DNA of 64,000 nt from positions 1,088,001 to 1,152,000 of the forward strand of contig OZ244999.1 in the NCBI GenBank assembly GCA_965223265.1. Reading direction: 5' to 3'. The DNA comes from Planctomycetota bacterium. Its GTDB lineage: Bacteria > Planctomycetota > UBA8108 > SXIK01. The notes below the pieces were generated by a model. It was given only the letters and a program-made list of their open reading frames with translations. It searched no databases and was not told where the DNA came from. Shown piece by piece: positions 8,513-18,470 of the stretch (position 1 is its first letter; each line of letters opens with the position of its first letter). Made by a program: the position numbers and the translations under genes.

Positions 8513-8779
8513 TCACAGGAGAGCATCGAGTTTCCCGGATAGATGTCCTGACTTCCGGGCAGCGTCTTTTGAACGGTCGTTCAGGTACTGGAGGACCGTG
8601 CCGGCGTTCCAGACTTTCTTACCGCCGAGCCTAATACCCGCTGGGATCTCGCAGCGACTGATCATTCGTCGGATCGTTCTCGGTGACACGCCAAGCGCGT
8701 TTGCGAGGGCTCTAAGATCGAGGAAGCGGTCCTCGGGCTGCTCGGCGAACTCCGTAATGACCAAGGGGGGCTTTTGCAT
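8513..8779 (-). CDS. Excisionase/AlpA-like HTH protein (element 2)
   Basis: FLDLRALANALGVSPRTIRRMISRCEIPAGIRLGGKKVW. Confidence 0.82.
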   Translation of the reverse strand: MQKPPLVITEFAEQPEDRFLDLRALANALGVSPRTIRRMISRCEIPAGIRLGGKKVWNAGTVLQYLNDRSKDAARKSGHLSGKLDALL

Positions 8780-8883
8780 GGGATTCCTCCGTGAGTTGAT
8801 GGTATCGATGCGTCTTGTGACGAGTCGATCGGAGCTTTCGTCGCTCGCGATCAGTACGAACCATTGTCACGGCGACTACGGAA

Positions 8884-8910
8884 CGGAATAATCCCGATAT
8901 GATTATTCCG
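8884..8910. promoter_or_regulatory. Perfect inverted repeat upstream of xis2-int2 (candidate operator)
   Basis: CGGAATAATC-N7-GATTATTCCG; half-site ATTATTCCG recurs at 9007-9015. Confidence 0.5.
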
Positions 8911-9007
8911 GCGTCTGAGTGGCGAACCTCACCAATCCGCAGACGTTGCAGAATGCCTCGGCACGGACGGAAAAAAGACAAGGGACTTGACAGCTCCCAG
9001 AATCGAA

Positions 9008-9808
9008 TTATTCCGACTGTTTCTTTCCGGCTTGACGGTGCCGATGTCGATCGAGAGCCTGCCTTACCTCGTCTTTCGTCATTCGCAAATCCCGCCCCAA
9101 CTCTTCGTACGTGGAGCCCCGTGGCCGCGCGATCCACGCTTTGTGGACTTGTTGGTCTTTCTTGGGATCGGTCTTTCGGGGACGGCCCCGTCGCGTGCGT
9201 CGTGGCTTCGAGAGAGGGCGGCCCTCCTCTCCGGCTTCGCTATAGCGCGGCGCGGCTGATGGAAAAGAAGGAGGGGTTGGCGCTGGCGGACTGCCGCTGC
9301 TTTTCGTCAGTCCCCGCTTTGCCTCGGCTTCAAGCTCGCTCTCATCGTCGCGTAGCCTCTCGCGCATTCGCTTTACTCCGACGGCGAATCGGCTCCACTC
9401 CTTTGGGCATTCGATTCTTTCGGCGACGAAGTGGCTGCGGAACTCCTCTGCGAAGGTCAACTCGTCACCGACGCTCAAGACGGAGTACGCCTTAGTCCCG
9501 ACCAGGCGCCTTGCAGTATCTTTCAATCGTTGGTTGAGATCGTCGAAGCCTGGTTCGTCGAAAAGCTCCGTTAGGTTGCACAAAGCCAACCGCAGTCGTT
9601 CGTAGGCTTCGATCGAGCGCGTCGAGCAGCAAACCTCGAATTCGTCCAGCACCCGCTGGCACCGAGATGCCAGTTGTTCCTGAGCGGAAAGAACGTCTAG
9701 CCGGACGTTGAAGGCGTCGAAGTCGAATGGATCGGACGGGTAATCCGATCTGCTGTGCTTTTCCTGGTTTTCGTCCGAGCTTGACGATTTGTGGGCAGGC
9801 TTCGACAT
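9008..9808 (-). CDS. Hypothetical protein with C-terminal AT-hook and HTH-like segment
   Basis: RRGRPRK followed by STYEELGRDLRMTKDEVRQALDR. Confidence 0.55.
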   Translation of the reverse strand: MSKPAHKSSSSDENQEKHSRSDYPSDPFDFDAFNVRLDVLSAQEQLASRCQRVLDEFEVCCSTRSIEAYERLRLALCNLTELFDEPGFDDLNQRLKDTARRLVGTKAYSVLSVGDELTFAEEFRSHFVAERIECPKEWSRFAVGVKRMRERLRDDESELEAEAKRGLTKSSGSPPAPTPPSFPSAAPRYSEAGEEGRPLSKPRRTRRGRPRKTDPKKDQQVHKAWIARPRGSTYEELGRDLRMTKDEVRQALDRHRHRQAGKKQSE

Positions 9809-10178
9809 CGGATGAGGTGACCTCGGCAAGGTTGAGAACGGACCCTTCTGTTTATCGGCAACCGCGAAAGCCTCTCTCCACTTGATTCCACAATCTGTTG
9901 ACGACAGTCTCGTAAACTTCTTTTCGGCTGCGTTGCTTCGGAGATTTCATTGACGGTCTGTTTCCGAGGTCACCGGAATTGTGTCCCTCGGTTGGAGCCT
10001 CCATTCGGGGGGGACCCGTTTCTACAAGCAGGACCGGATTTGCGGTGTGCCGCGGATCGATGGTCGGGTGTCTGACGTAATTCAGTCGCGCCGCGTCCCG
10101 CTTCGTTGTCGTCTCGTCCTTCCCATCAGAAGCGGTACAATACGCCCTCGGACCCAGGTTGGTTTCGGAGGATATGCA

Positions 10179-11147
10179 ATGCCCCTATCGCCGAAGGATT
10201 TCGGAGCGTCTTTCCAGCAGTTCATGGATCAGATGGCATCGCAGGCCGGACCACAGGAACCGGTCTTTGTGAGTCGGCTCCGAGAGCACTTCGGTACGGA
10301 ACCCACCAGCCTTCCAATCGTCTCGGAAACCTTCGCGGAACATGATCACCCAAATCTTCAGTTAGCAATCGACTCGCACCTAAAAGCCGATGGACGCACC
10401 TCGGAGGTCATCGGCATCATTTCCGAGCACGCCTTCTTCGGCGCAAGCCTCTCGGCGCTCGTCGCACCGACCGGATCTGGTATGTACCGTGGACCTGGCG
10501 CATCGATCGGTCCGGTCAAGTACACGAACATAGCACTCGACGGTGATCGCGTACTGACCTGTGTGCAATGCGGACTGTTTCTCATCGAGGAGGGGGAGAA
10601 GCGTCTGGCGGTGCTGTTGCAAGGGCCAGTCAGGGAACGACACTATCCAAAGGGCACCGTCGAGGTGATGGCGGCAGACAAGACGTTTGGCGAGGAATTC
10701 CTGGCCGAGCTACGAAACTCGATCAGAACGAACAACGTCTACCGGGGGAGAGTGCTCTCGGTCGGTCAGGACGAGCTGATGCGTACCCTGAAGATCGAGT
10801 TTCACCACCTTCCCGAGATACCCCGCGAAGGCATCATTCTCCCAGACGGACTCCTGGACCGGATCGAACGTCAGACAGTTCGGTTCTCAGTCCATAGCGA
10901 GCGCCTACTCCAGCAAGGCCGACACTTGAAGCGCGGGCTCCTTCTCCACGGACCGCCGGGAACGGGGAAGACACTGACTGCAATGTACCTGTGCGGCGCG
11001 ATGGAGGGCCGCACCGTCTTGCTCCTGACCGGACGTCGTGACTGGTCAAAGACGCCCGAAACCACAATTAGGGCAGAGAACGCCCATTTCGAAGCTGTCC
11101 GCGACGTTCCGAACAGCAGCGAACCAGCCGCGGGACTTCGCGAATAG
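10179..11147 (+). pseudogene. AAA+ ATPase, truncated shortly after Walker A
   Basis: KRGLLLHGPPGTGKT is present, but the sequence diverges at ~11035 with no Walker B and runs into the convergent ORF. Confidence 0.65.
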
Positions 11148-11342
11148 TCCGAAGCTGTCATAGGTACACTCGTCGCCTGTTTCGGTCCCGAAGTGTTCGT
11201 TATGAAGGGTCTGTCCGCACTTGTCACAAACGAATAAGTTCCCAGTCAAGAACGCCGCCCACTTGTACTCGTCGTCGCGATCGGAAATCTCCAGATTGAC
11301 CATGTTCGAGGCCTCAGCGGCTAGTTTTTTTCCCTGAGTCAA
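11046..11342 (-). CDS. Small zinc-binding hypothetical protein
   Basis: CDKC...CPNC; start overlaps the region just after the ferredoxin. Confidence 0.5.
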   Translation of the reverse strand: MTQGKKLAAEASNMVNLEISDRDDEYKWAAFLTGNLFVCDKCGQTLHNEHFGTETGDECTYDSFGLFAKSRGWFAAVRNVADSFEMGVLCPNCGFGRL

Positions 11343-11345
11343 CCC

Positions 11346-11612
11346 TCAGCGGGGCTTTTTCTCTGTGATGTTGGGGAAGTCGAGGGCTCGCTCCGCGTTG
11401 AGCGCGATGAATTTCTGTTGGTCGTCCGGCACATCCGCGTCAAAGAATATCGCCCCCTCGGGGCATTCAGCGACGCACAGGTCGCAATCCGTGCAAGTGT
11501 CAGGATCAATGTAGAGCATGTCCGCGCCCTCATGAAAGCAGTCCACAGGGCAGACGGTGACGCATTCGGTGTGTTTGCAGCCGATGCAGGCTCCGGTCAC
11601 AACGTGTGGCAT
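11346..11612 (-). CDS. Dicluster (FdxA-type) ferredoxin
   Basis: MPHVVTGACIGCKHTECVTVCPVDCFHEG...CTDCDLCVAECP. Confidence 0.92.
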   Translation of the reverse strand: MPHVVTGACIGCKHTECVTVCPVDCFHEGADMLYIDPDTCTDCDLCVAECPEGAIFFDADVPDDQQKFIALNAERALDFPNITEKKPR

Positions 11613-11720
11613 GAGCATCTCGCTTTAAGAGTAAAGTCGCGAACGAAATTAGTGCGGCTACATCCCTGAACAGGATCTACCGGCAAATCGGACAGCCTCT
11701 TGCTAAAATAGCTGGGAGGA

Positions 11721-12317
11721 TTGCCAGCCGTGTCCCCGGAAGAACAAACCGATTTTCAGCTCCTCATCCAGCGTGTTCGCGATGGGGATCAGGACGCGGC
11801 CGCGGAGCTCGTCTACCGGTTCGGGCCTCAGATTCGTCGAGTGGCCCGCTTCGAGCTGGCGGCCGCGCGACTGCGACGCATTTTCGACTCGGTCGACGTT
11901 TGGGACTCCGTACTGGCCGCTTTCTTCGTCCGAGCCGCGTCGGGTCAGTTCGAGATCGATACACCCGAGCAGCTCCTGGCTCTTTTGGGGACGATGGTTC
12001 GCAATCGTGTCCGTAACCACGTCGAGCACGAGCAGGCAGCCAAGCGTGACCGCCGCCGACTGGCCGACAGAGCCGTCGATGTCGCGGACCCCATGTCTCG
12101 CGATCCGACTCCCAGTCGCCTTGTCGCTAACCGCGAACTACTGGAAGAATTTTTCCGCCGCCTGCCGGAAGAAGAACGTACAGTTGCGCAGCGTCGAGCC
12201 ACGGGCGCCTCGTGGGAGCAGATTTCGAAAGAGCTCGGCTGCCCCGTAGATACTCTCCGCAAGCGATTGACCCGCGCGTCCGATCGCGTAGCACAGCAGC
12301 TTGGGCTTGCAGGATGA
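11721..12317 (+). CDS. ECF sigma factor (planctomycete kinase-associated type)
   Basis: LLIQRVRDGDQDAAAELV, FDSVDVWDSV, TPSRLVA and a region-4 HTH; coupled to the kinase gene. Confidence 0.85.
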   Translation: MPAVSPEEQTDFQLLIQRVRDGDQDAAAELVYRFGPQIRRVARFELAAARLRRIFDSVDVWDSVLAAFFVRAASGQFEIDTPEQLLALLGTMVRNRVRNHVEHEQAAKRDRRRLADRAVDVADPMSRDPTPSRLVANRELLEEFFRRLPEEERTVAQRRATGASWEQISKELGCPVDTLRKRLTRASDRVAQQLGLAG

Positions 12318-14857
12318 CAGACGATTCACGCAAAGCGTCGGAAGAACTGTTGACGCAATTGCTGGCCGTACAACGTCACAAGTGGTGCGCCGGTGAAAGG
12401 GTCAGCGTTGAGGAGTTGCTCGCACAAGACTCCAGTTTGCTTTCAGACCCAGACGCCGTCCTCGATTGCATCTACGGTGAGTTTCGTCTGCGAGTTGAGT
12501 TGGGTGAATCTCCTGCCTTAGAGGAGTACGTCTCGAGGTTTCCCAATCTTGAACCAGAGATTCGAGACCTCGCCGATGTCCACCGCGAGCTAGGGGGAGG
12601 GAAAGCGCTCGCACCCCTCGACATAGGTACCGTCGTAAACGAACCTTCGTTGCCGCAGCATCTCGATCGCTACGAGCTGCTTGAAGAAGTTGGGCGCGGT
12701 GGGATGGCTATCGTTTACCGGGCAAGCCACCGTGACCTAGGTAGTACTGTTGCCCTGAAGGTGTTCCACGGCCTGCAAGTCTCTGGCTCTGACGCCGCGC
12801 GGCGCATGCACCGCGAAATTGACGCGTTGGCTGCAATTGATCACGCTGGTGTCGTCTCGATCCGAGACGCGTGTTGCACGGGCAACACGCCGTACCTCGT
12901 GATGGATTACGTGGAAGGAAAGGACCTCCGAACTTTGTTGAGCGAGGAGGGACCTCTGTCACCCGAGGCTGCATGCGATTGCATCCGTCAAGCCGCCGTC
13001 GCGTTGGAGGCGATCCACCAAGCGGGTGTCGTTCACCGCGACATCAAGCCTTCCAATCTGATCATCGAAGAGCACGACGCGTCAGATCGTCGCACCGTGA
13101 AGATCCTGGATTTGGGGCTTGCTCGCGTTGTGGACGTTCTCGACGACGAACACCTGACCCGAGACGGTGTCATTCTCGGCACTATCGACTACATTGCCCC
13201 GGAGCAACTCAACGCTCCACACGAGGCAGGACCAGCCGCCGATGTCTTCGCGCTGGGCTGCACGTTGTTTGAGGCTCTGAGTGGGCGGTTGCCCTTCGGC
13301 GACGGCGGTTTCGTCGCCCGGTTGGTCGCCCGCACCACGATCGATGCACCTTCGGTAGCCGACGTCTGTCCGCAGATTCCGAGGTCCCTGGCCGCTGTCG
13401 TTGACCGTATGATTCGACGCGACCCAGTCGAACGATATGCAAGCGCGGGAGCCGTCGCCGCGGCGCTATCGCCGTTCTCAGAAGCCGGTCAAATCTACTC
13501 GCAATGCATTACAGAGCGTAGCGCGCAATCTGCAGTGCGAGTAGCTGACTTGCGAGCCAGCGAATTGAGCGGGATCGGCGACGATCCAAACAGCTTGATC
13601 GATTTGCTGAAGTGGGCGGAAGCCGCTGGCGAGATGGAGGTTGCCTGTCGAGTCGCAGTTCCTCTCGCGAGCTACTGGCACTGCCGAGGGCACGTCGTCG
13701 AAGCAGGCAAAGTCCTCGATCGACTCCTCGACTGCAACCTCGACAAGGTGCCTCCCTTGCTTCGAGCGGGGGTCCTGGTCGCAGTTGCCGCATTGGCCGT
13801 CGCCCGCGGCGAAACCGAAGCGGCGTTGAAAGCGTACGAAAGCGCTCTCTCGATTGCACGACGCTGCCGAAGTCCCGCGGCTACGGCTGCTGTCCTCGCG
13901 GACTTAGGAATTCTCTACAGGGCGCGTGGTAATCAAGATCTCGCGCAGACAGTTTGTCGTGGGAGCATGGTCCTGCAACGGGAGTTTGCGATCGAACGCC
14001 ACTTGGCAAGCGTGCTTAACACACTTGGAAACCTGTACTTCGATCGGGCAGAACTCGACAGGTCGAGGAGCTGCTTTGAGGAGGCCCGAGCTCTCAGCGC
14101 GCGACTCGGACGGCGGGAGTGGGAGGCGCATCACATCGTTAACCTCGGCCGTGTCGCACAGGAGCAAGGGAGGATCAGCGAAGCGGTGTCGCTGGTCGGC
14201 GAGGGTCTGAAGATTTACCGCGAGATTGGAAGCGCGGCGGGCGAGGCATTCGCCCAGACAAATCTTGGGTCTCTCGCGTGCGAACGCGGTGAAATTGACG
14301 ACGCACGGCGACAGTTCGAGTACGCGCACAAGCTGTTCAGTGATCTTGGAGACCGTCGTGGGTTGGCAATCACGCTCAACAACCTCGGGCATGTTTCGCA
14401 TGCCGCGGGCGAACTGATTCAAGCTCGCACATACTACGACGAGAGCGCGGCACTCCTCGATCCCGAACAACCTGTGTGGGGGACGATATCCCTCAACCGT
14501 GCGCGTTGGGCTCAAAATACCGGTCGTTCCGACGAGGCCCGAAGATTCGTAGCTAGCGCGCTGCAGAGTCTCATGAGCCCGATTCGACCCCTACGCCTGG
14601 TGGCGACACTAGAGTTTGTCGCTGAACTCTGGATGGAACGCGACCCGGCGAAGACCTGTGAGCTCCTCGGCACCGCAGTCGCCGTCCGAGAAAGAGCTGG
14701 CGCAGCGGTACTACCGTCGCGACGAGAAGGTCTCGACCGGATACACGAGTCTTGCAAGAAACAACTCGGTGCAGAGAAGTACCGAGAGCTTCTCGACAGC
14801 GGCCGTGCGTGCGAACTCCACGAAGTAGTGGCGCGTGTGACCGGCGTAGCCCCGTAA
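12314..14857 (+). CDS. Ser/Thr protein kinase with C-terminal TPR repeats
   Basis: GRGGMAIVY, VALK, HRDIKPSN, DLG, GTIDYIAPE; TPRs such as LASVLNTLGNLY and LAITLNNLGHV. Confidence 0.92.
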   Translation: MTDDSRKASEELLTQLLAVQRHKWCAGERVSVEELLAQDSSLLSDPDAVLDCIYGEFRLRVELGESPALEEYVSRFPNLEPEIRDLADVHRELGGGKALAPLDIGTVVNEPSLPQHLDRYELLEEVGRGGMAIVYRASHRDLGSTVALKVFHGLQVSGSDAARRMHREIDALAAIDHAGVVSIRDACCTGNTPYLVMDYVEGKDLRTLLSEEGPLSPEAACDCIRQAAVALEAIHQAGVVHRDIKPSNLIIEEHDASDRRTVKILDLGLARVVDVLDDEHLTRDGVILGTIDYIAPEQLNAPHEAGPAADVFALGCTLFEALSGRLPFGDGGFVARLVARTTIDAPSVADVCPQIPRSLAAVVDRMIRRDPVERYASAGAVAAALSPFSEAGQIYSQCITERSAQSAVRVADLRASELSGIGDDPNSLIDLLKWAEAAGEMEVACRVAVPLASYWHCRGHVVEAGKVLDRLLDCNLDKVPPLLRAGVLVAVAALAVARGETEAALKAYESALSIARRCRSPAATAAVLADLGILYRARGNQDLAQTVCRGSMVLQREFAIERHLASVLNTLGNLYFDRAELDRSRSCFEEARALSARLGRREWEAHHIVNLGRVAQEQGRISEAVSLVGEGLKIYREIGSAAGEAFAQTNLGSLACERGEIDDARRQFEYAHKLFSDLGDRRGLAITLNNLGHVSHAAGELIQARTYYDESAALLDPEQPVWGTISLNRARWAQNTGRSDEARRFVASALQSLMSPIRPLRLVATLEFVAELWMERDPAKTCELLGTAVAVRERAGAAVLPSRREGLDRIHESCKKQLGAEKYRELLDSGRACELHEVVARVTGVAP

Positions 14858-14890
14858 ACCGAAATCGCTAGCGAGACATTTGGTGCGCCA

Positions 14891-15337
14891 ATGAAGATCG
14901 ATGCAGCCGCCCGAATCTTCACGAGCCACTATCAGATCGTCATCTGCGACGATCCTGCCGCTTTCACCGAAGAGTCGAATTGGGGTGAGGGCGATGTCGC
15001 GCGAGGCTTCGCAGGAAACGACCACTTCCGGATGGTTGGAACCGAGGCCGACCTCAACGATCATTGGGTAGAAGTCCAGTTTTCCGCGGAGGCGCCGTCG
15101 GGCGGGCTCTCCGGCGAGTCAACACCATGTCCAGCTTCGACGAGGATGGCGATAGTGTTCGTAGGGTTGAATCGTGGTTCTGGGACAGTCGGCCCGCCCC
15201 TCGAGCTCACAGCCGATTTCAGTACTCTCCAACCACGAATACACAACTTCGAGCCGACAACTTGTCAACACGAACGCGCCCCCATAGGATGGCCGCTGCC
15301 GATAGTGAGCGGCCTCAGGACCTTCCGCGCAAACTGA
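14891..15337 (+). pseudogene. Hypothetical (ComJ/immunity-like) protein, probably truncated
   Basis: Protein-like N-terminal ~70 aa (TSHYQIVICD...NWGEGDVARGFA) followed by a low-quality tail. Confidence 0.3.
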
Positions 15338-15386
15338 ATCGAAAACCCATCGAGGCGTTGGCCACAAAGAAAGACAGGATTTCTCC

Positions 15387-16643
15387 ATGACGACCACGTT
15401 GTTTCCGAGAGTCGTCCCGATGGTACTGTTTCTCGGTTTCGCCGGCAGCGTCGTCCTGTCGAATGAGCGATACGACCATCGCGCCGAGGTGAGAATCGAC
15501 TCGCGAACGACGATCGTTTCGCCGGATTCCGGACTGATTCTGAAGCGGGCGATGCTCGGCATGCGAACACATCCGGACGGCTCGATTCTCCTCTGCGTGC
15601 AGACCCTGCCGGTCCTGCTTCGAAGCACTGACCAAGGGAAGACCTGGACACAGCTCGAGGTGAAACTGCCCGGCAACCCCGAGAAGGCTGTCTTCAACGG
15701 GTTAGGCATCAGTCGCGACGGCCGCGTCTGGCTCATGCACCAGACCGACTCCAGCGGCACGGACCTCTTTGTGTCCGTGTCCCGCGAAAAGCGGGGCGCC
15801 GAGCTCACCTGGACGACCACCCAAATCGACTATACAAAGTTCGCTCCGAAGCCGGACCAGCCTTACACTTCCTGTCCCAACGACTACAACACCTTCTTCG
15901 AGCGACCAGACGGCACCATGGCGCTGGCTATCGGCCTGCGTTACGACGACCACGGAGATTATCAGCAAGAGGACTCATCGCGTCCGGGCTTTCACGAGAC
16001 ACTTATCCGCTCAAGCGATGGCGGGAAGACATGGGGTGATCCGACGGAGGTTCACCAGCACGTCGCGGAGACCTGTTTCGCGGTTGATCCGGCGGACCCG
16101 GATCATGTTTTCGCCATGACTCGCAAGCAGCGAATGCTCTTGCGCGGCGAGGACCCGGCCACCGTGGCGAGGCAAGCGGGCGTGCCCGTCAACACCGGCT
16201 GGCCATGGAAGGGCGCCATTCTTCTCGAATCGCACAACGGTGGACGCACGTTTCACGAAGTACCCGCGAGCTACCTCGGCTACTACAGTCACCGCGGCAC
16301 GATGCTGTGGACGGAAGACAACGTGATCGTCGCGCCTCACACCGCCGCCGGCCCAACCGACTATCGGCTGGTGGTCAATATCAGCCTCGATGGCGGCGAG
16401 ACGTGGGTCGACGGGACCGAACACGGCGCCCCGGCGATGACTGACGCCAGGGATTTCGAACTGGTTCCCGATCCTCCTGGATTCTCCTTTATGACGCCCA
16501 CGGTCGAGCTCTCGCGGAATCATTTCCTGACCGTATATTGCCAGGGCCACCCGCAGAAGACGGTGATGGGCGTGTTCTGGCACGTCGAGGCTCCGAAAAA
16601 GAAGACCGTCCGCGGGACTCTTACCCCGCCGACGAACGGCTAG
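15387..16643 (+). CDS. Secreted sialidase-like BNR/Asp-box beta-propeller protein
   Basis: Signal peptide; Asp-boxes STDQGKTW, SSDGGKTW, SHNGGRTF, SLDGGETW. Confidence 0.85.
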   Translation: MTTTLFPRVVPMVLFLGFAGSVVLSNERYDHRAEVRIDSRTTIVSPDSGLILKRAMLGMRTHPDGSILLCVQTLPVLLRSTDQGKTWTQLEVKLPGNPEKAVFNGLGISRDGRVWLMHQTDSSGTDLFVSVSREKRGAELTWTTTQIDYTKFAPKPDQPYTSCPNDYNTFFERPDGTMALAIGLRYDDHGDYQQEDSSRPGFHETLIRSSDGGKTWGDPTEVHQHVAETCFAVDPADPDHVFAMTRKQRMLLRGEDPATVARQAGVPVNTGWPWKGAILLESHNGGRTFHEVPASYLGYYSHRGTMLWTEDNVIVAPHTAAGPTDYRLVVNISLDGGETWVDGTEHGAPAMTDARDFELVPDPPGFSFMTPTVELSRNHFLTVYCQGHPQKTVMGVFWHVEAPKKKTVRGTLTPPTNG

Positions 16644-16864
16644 TGCGCCGCGCGACTGAGGACATGACGAGGCGACCTCGAGTTCACACTCCTTCTCGCG
16701 TCTCCACGGTCGAAAGCGGGGTGGGGGAGTCGCGTATTTTGTTCGGTGATATAGAAGCCGACGACTGCTGCGAGAAACAGCGCGGACTTAGAGCGCGTCG
16801 CCGAACGGATGATCGCCGACCTCGGCCTTGCGTCGGTGTTCGGTGGCCTTAGGATCGGACTGTG

Positions 16865-17281
16865 CTACTGCAGGTTGTGCACCACGAGTCCGGGCACACG
16901 GTCGAAGTGTCGAGCGTTGCTCGTGGCGACATGGTCACCACGCGACAGTGCCGTACAAGCGATCAGCAAATCAGAGGTTGCGATCCTCTCACCTGCTGCG
17001 CTCAACCTGGCATCGATTTCCCCAAACACGCGCATCACCGCAAGTGAGATCGGTACCGTCGGTATCGCCGAAAGCACTGCCTCAACGAATTCCTCACGCT
17101 GGGCGCGACGGGCGGCGGTGTCGGCGCGCCAGCAACCGTGGAAGAGTTCTCCTGCGCTCATCACAGAGATCGCCAGTTCGATATCCCCGAATCGATCGAT
17201 GAGGTCCCGAACGAGCTGCTCGGGAGTCTGACGACGGCGTTCTGCATAAATGAACGCGGTGGAGTCGATCAGGAGTCCCAC
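16865..17281 (-). CDS. vapC: PIN-domain toxin (VapC)
   Basis: LLIDSTAFI, SAGEL, DLLIACTAL, TSNARHFDRVPGL. Confidence 0.9.
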   Translation of the reverse strand: MGLLIDSTAFIYAERRRQTPEQLVRDLIDRFGDIELAISVMSAGELFHGCWRADTAARRAQREEFVEAVLSAIPTVPISLAVMRVFGEIDARLSAAGERIATSDLLIACTALSRGDHVATSNARHFDRVPGLVVHNLQ

Positions 17282-17562
17282 GAGGGTCGGTCCTCCGCCG
17301 GCTCGCTTGAGAGCACATCTAGAAGGTCGTTGCCGAACTCATCGTCCAGTACGACCGGTGTGCGTCCGCGAAGCAAAGCAAGACACTCGGAGGCCCGTCG
17401 ACCATCCAGCCGTGGAGGGGTCATCATGCAGACATCTCGGCCGTGGCGATGCACGATGAAGTGTCGACCCGCCTCTATCTGATCCAGGATTTCGGAGAAC
17501 GACCGGCTGGCTTCCGTTGCGGAAACTCGATTCTCAGCTGGGATATCTGATTTTTCTTCCAT
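17269..17562 (-). CDS. Phd/YefM-family antitoxin
   Basis: VSATEASRSFSEILDQIEAGRHFIVHRHGRDV; overlaps the vapC start. Confidence 0.85.
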   Translation of the reverse strand: MEEKSDIPAENRVSATEASRSFSEILDQIEAGRHFIVHRHGRDVCMMTPPRLDGRRASECLALLRGRTPVVLDDEFGNDLLDVLSSEPAEDRPSWDS

Positions 17563-18207
17563 AAATCTGATATTATCGTTTCTCGGAGTCTATTCAAGGT
17601 ACTACCTGGGCGGAAATGGCTCCGCAAGAGTGCCAGCGTTGAAGTCGAGGATGATCACGCTGTGGTACCCCTTTTCCGGGCGTCGTCGCCGTTGCCCTCG
17701 AGCTACGCTCGAACCCATAGCAAGCAACCCAACACGCATCGCGTTTGGAACCCTCGGCCAACTCTCGACGAGTTCAGCGAGTTCTACATCGACTGTTTGT
17801 CCCCGGGTCACGAGAACGACAAGTAGGCGCAGGATAGCGAGCAGTCCGCGTTCTGTCGGTGGAGCGTGAGAAGTTCGTGCCGCAAGTCATCGGGCATCGA
17901 CAGACATCGAGGCTGATCACGTTAAACGTGGGGGACTCCGCCCAATCCCGTGCGGTCGAGCGGGGACGCCGTGGTTTTTCGCTAACTAGACGATTCCGGT
18001 GTCGTGGACGATTCGTTGCAGACGATGATCGTAGCTCCGACGAGTTCGTGTATTGGCCATACGCCAACGGTCGACTCGACGCCCTCAATTCCAAGTGGTT
18101 CACTGCGCAGAGATCGGCGTGCCGATTCAGATTTCGCAAACTCCTGCCACGGTGTACGACGGCGGAAGTCCGTGCGTCGGAGTCTCGAATGCTGTGAGAA
18201 ACGCTCG

Positions 18208-18285
18208 GTAATAGAGCGCGCTCTAAGTATGCAATTGACACGTCGAGCATGCATTATGAGACGTTCGAGTTTTTGGACATCACGG
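18208..18285. mobile_element. Orphan end of the integrase-core IS family seen at 21823-23185
   Basis: ~75 bp similar to 23108-23184, ending CGTTCGAGTTTTTGGACATCACGG; another short copy at 18443-18466. Confidence 0.7.
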
Positions 18286-18470
18286 CCGGCCCGCAGATGT
18301 CGAGTCCGATGCTGCGATCTGGGCAGTTGCTCTACGGACAGCGTCCGACGACGTTGCAGATTCAGAGAACCTGGTCGACTTTCGTTCGAAATTTGCGACC
18401 ATCGAGCGTGGTCAACTTCGCCAATTCGTTGGCTTCGCACGTCGTTCTAGTTCTTGGACAGCACGCCAAC

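Noticed and set aside
16795-16852. attC-like hairpin CCGAAC...GTTCGG downstream of vapC
   Set aside because: Shorter than typical attC sites, L boxes not identifiable, and no integron integrase in the window.
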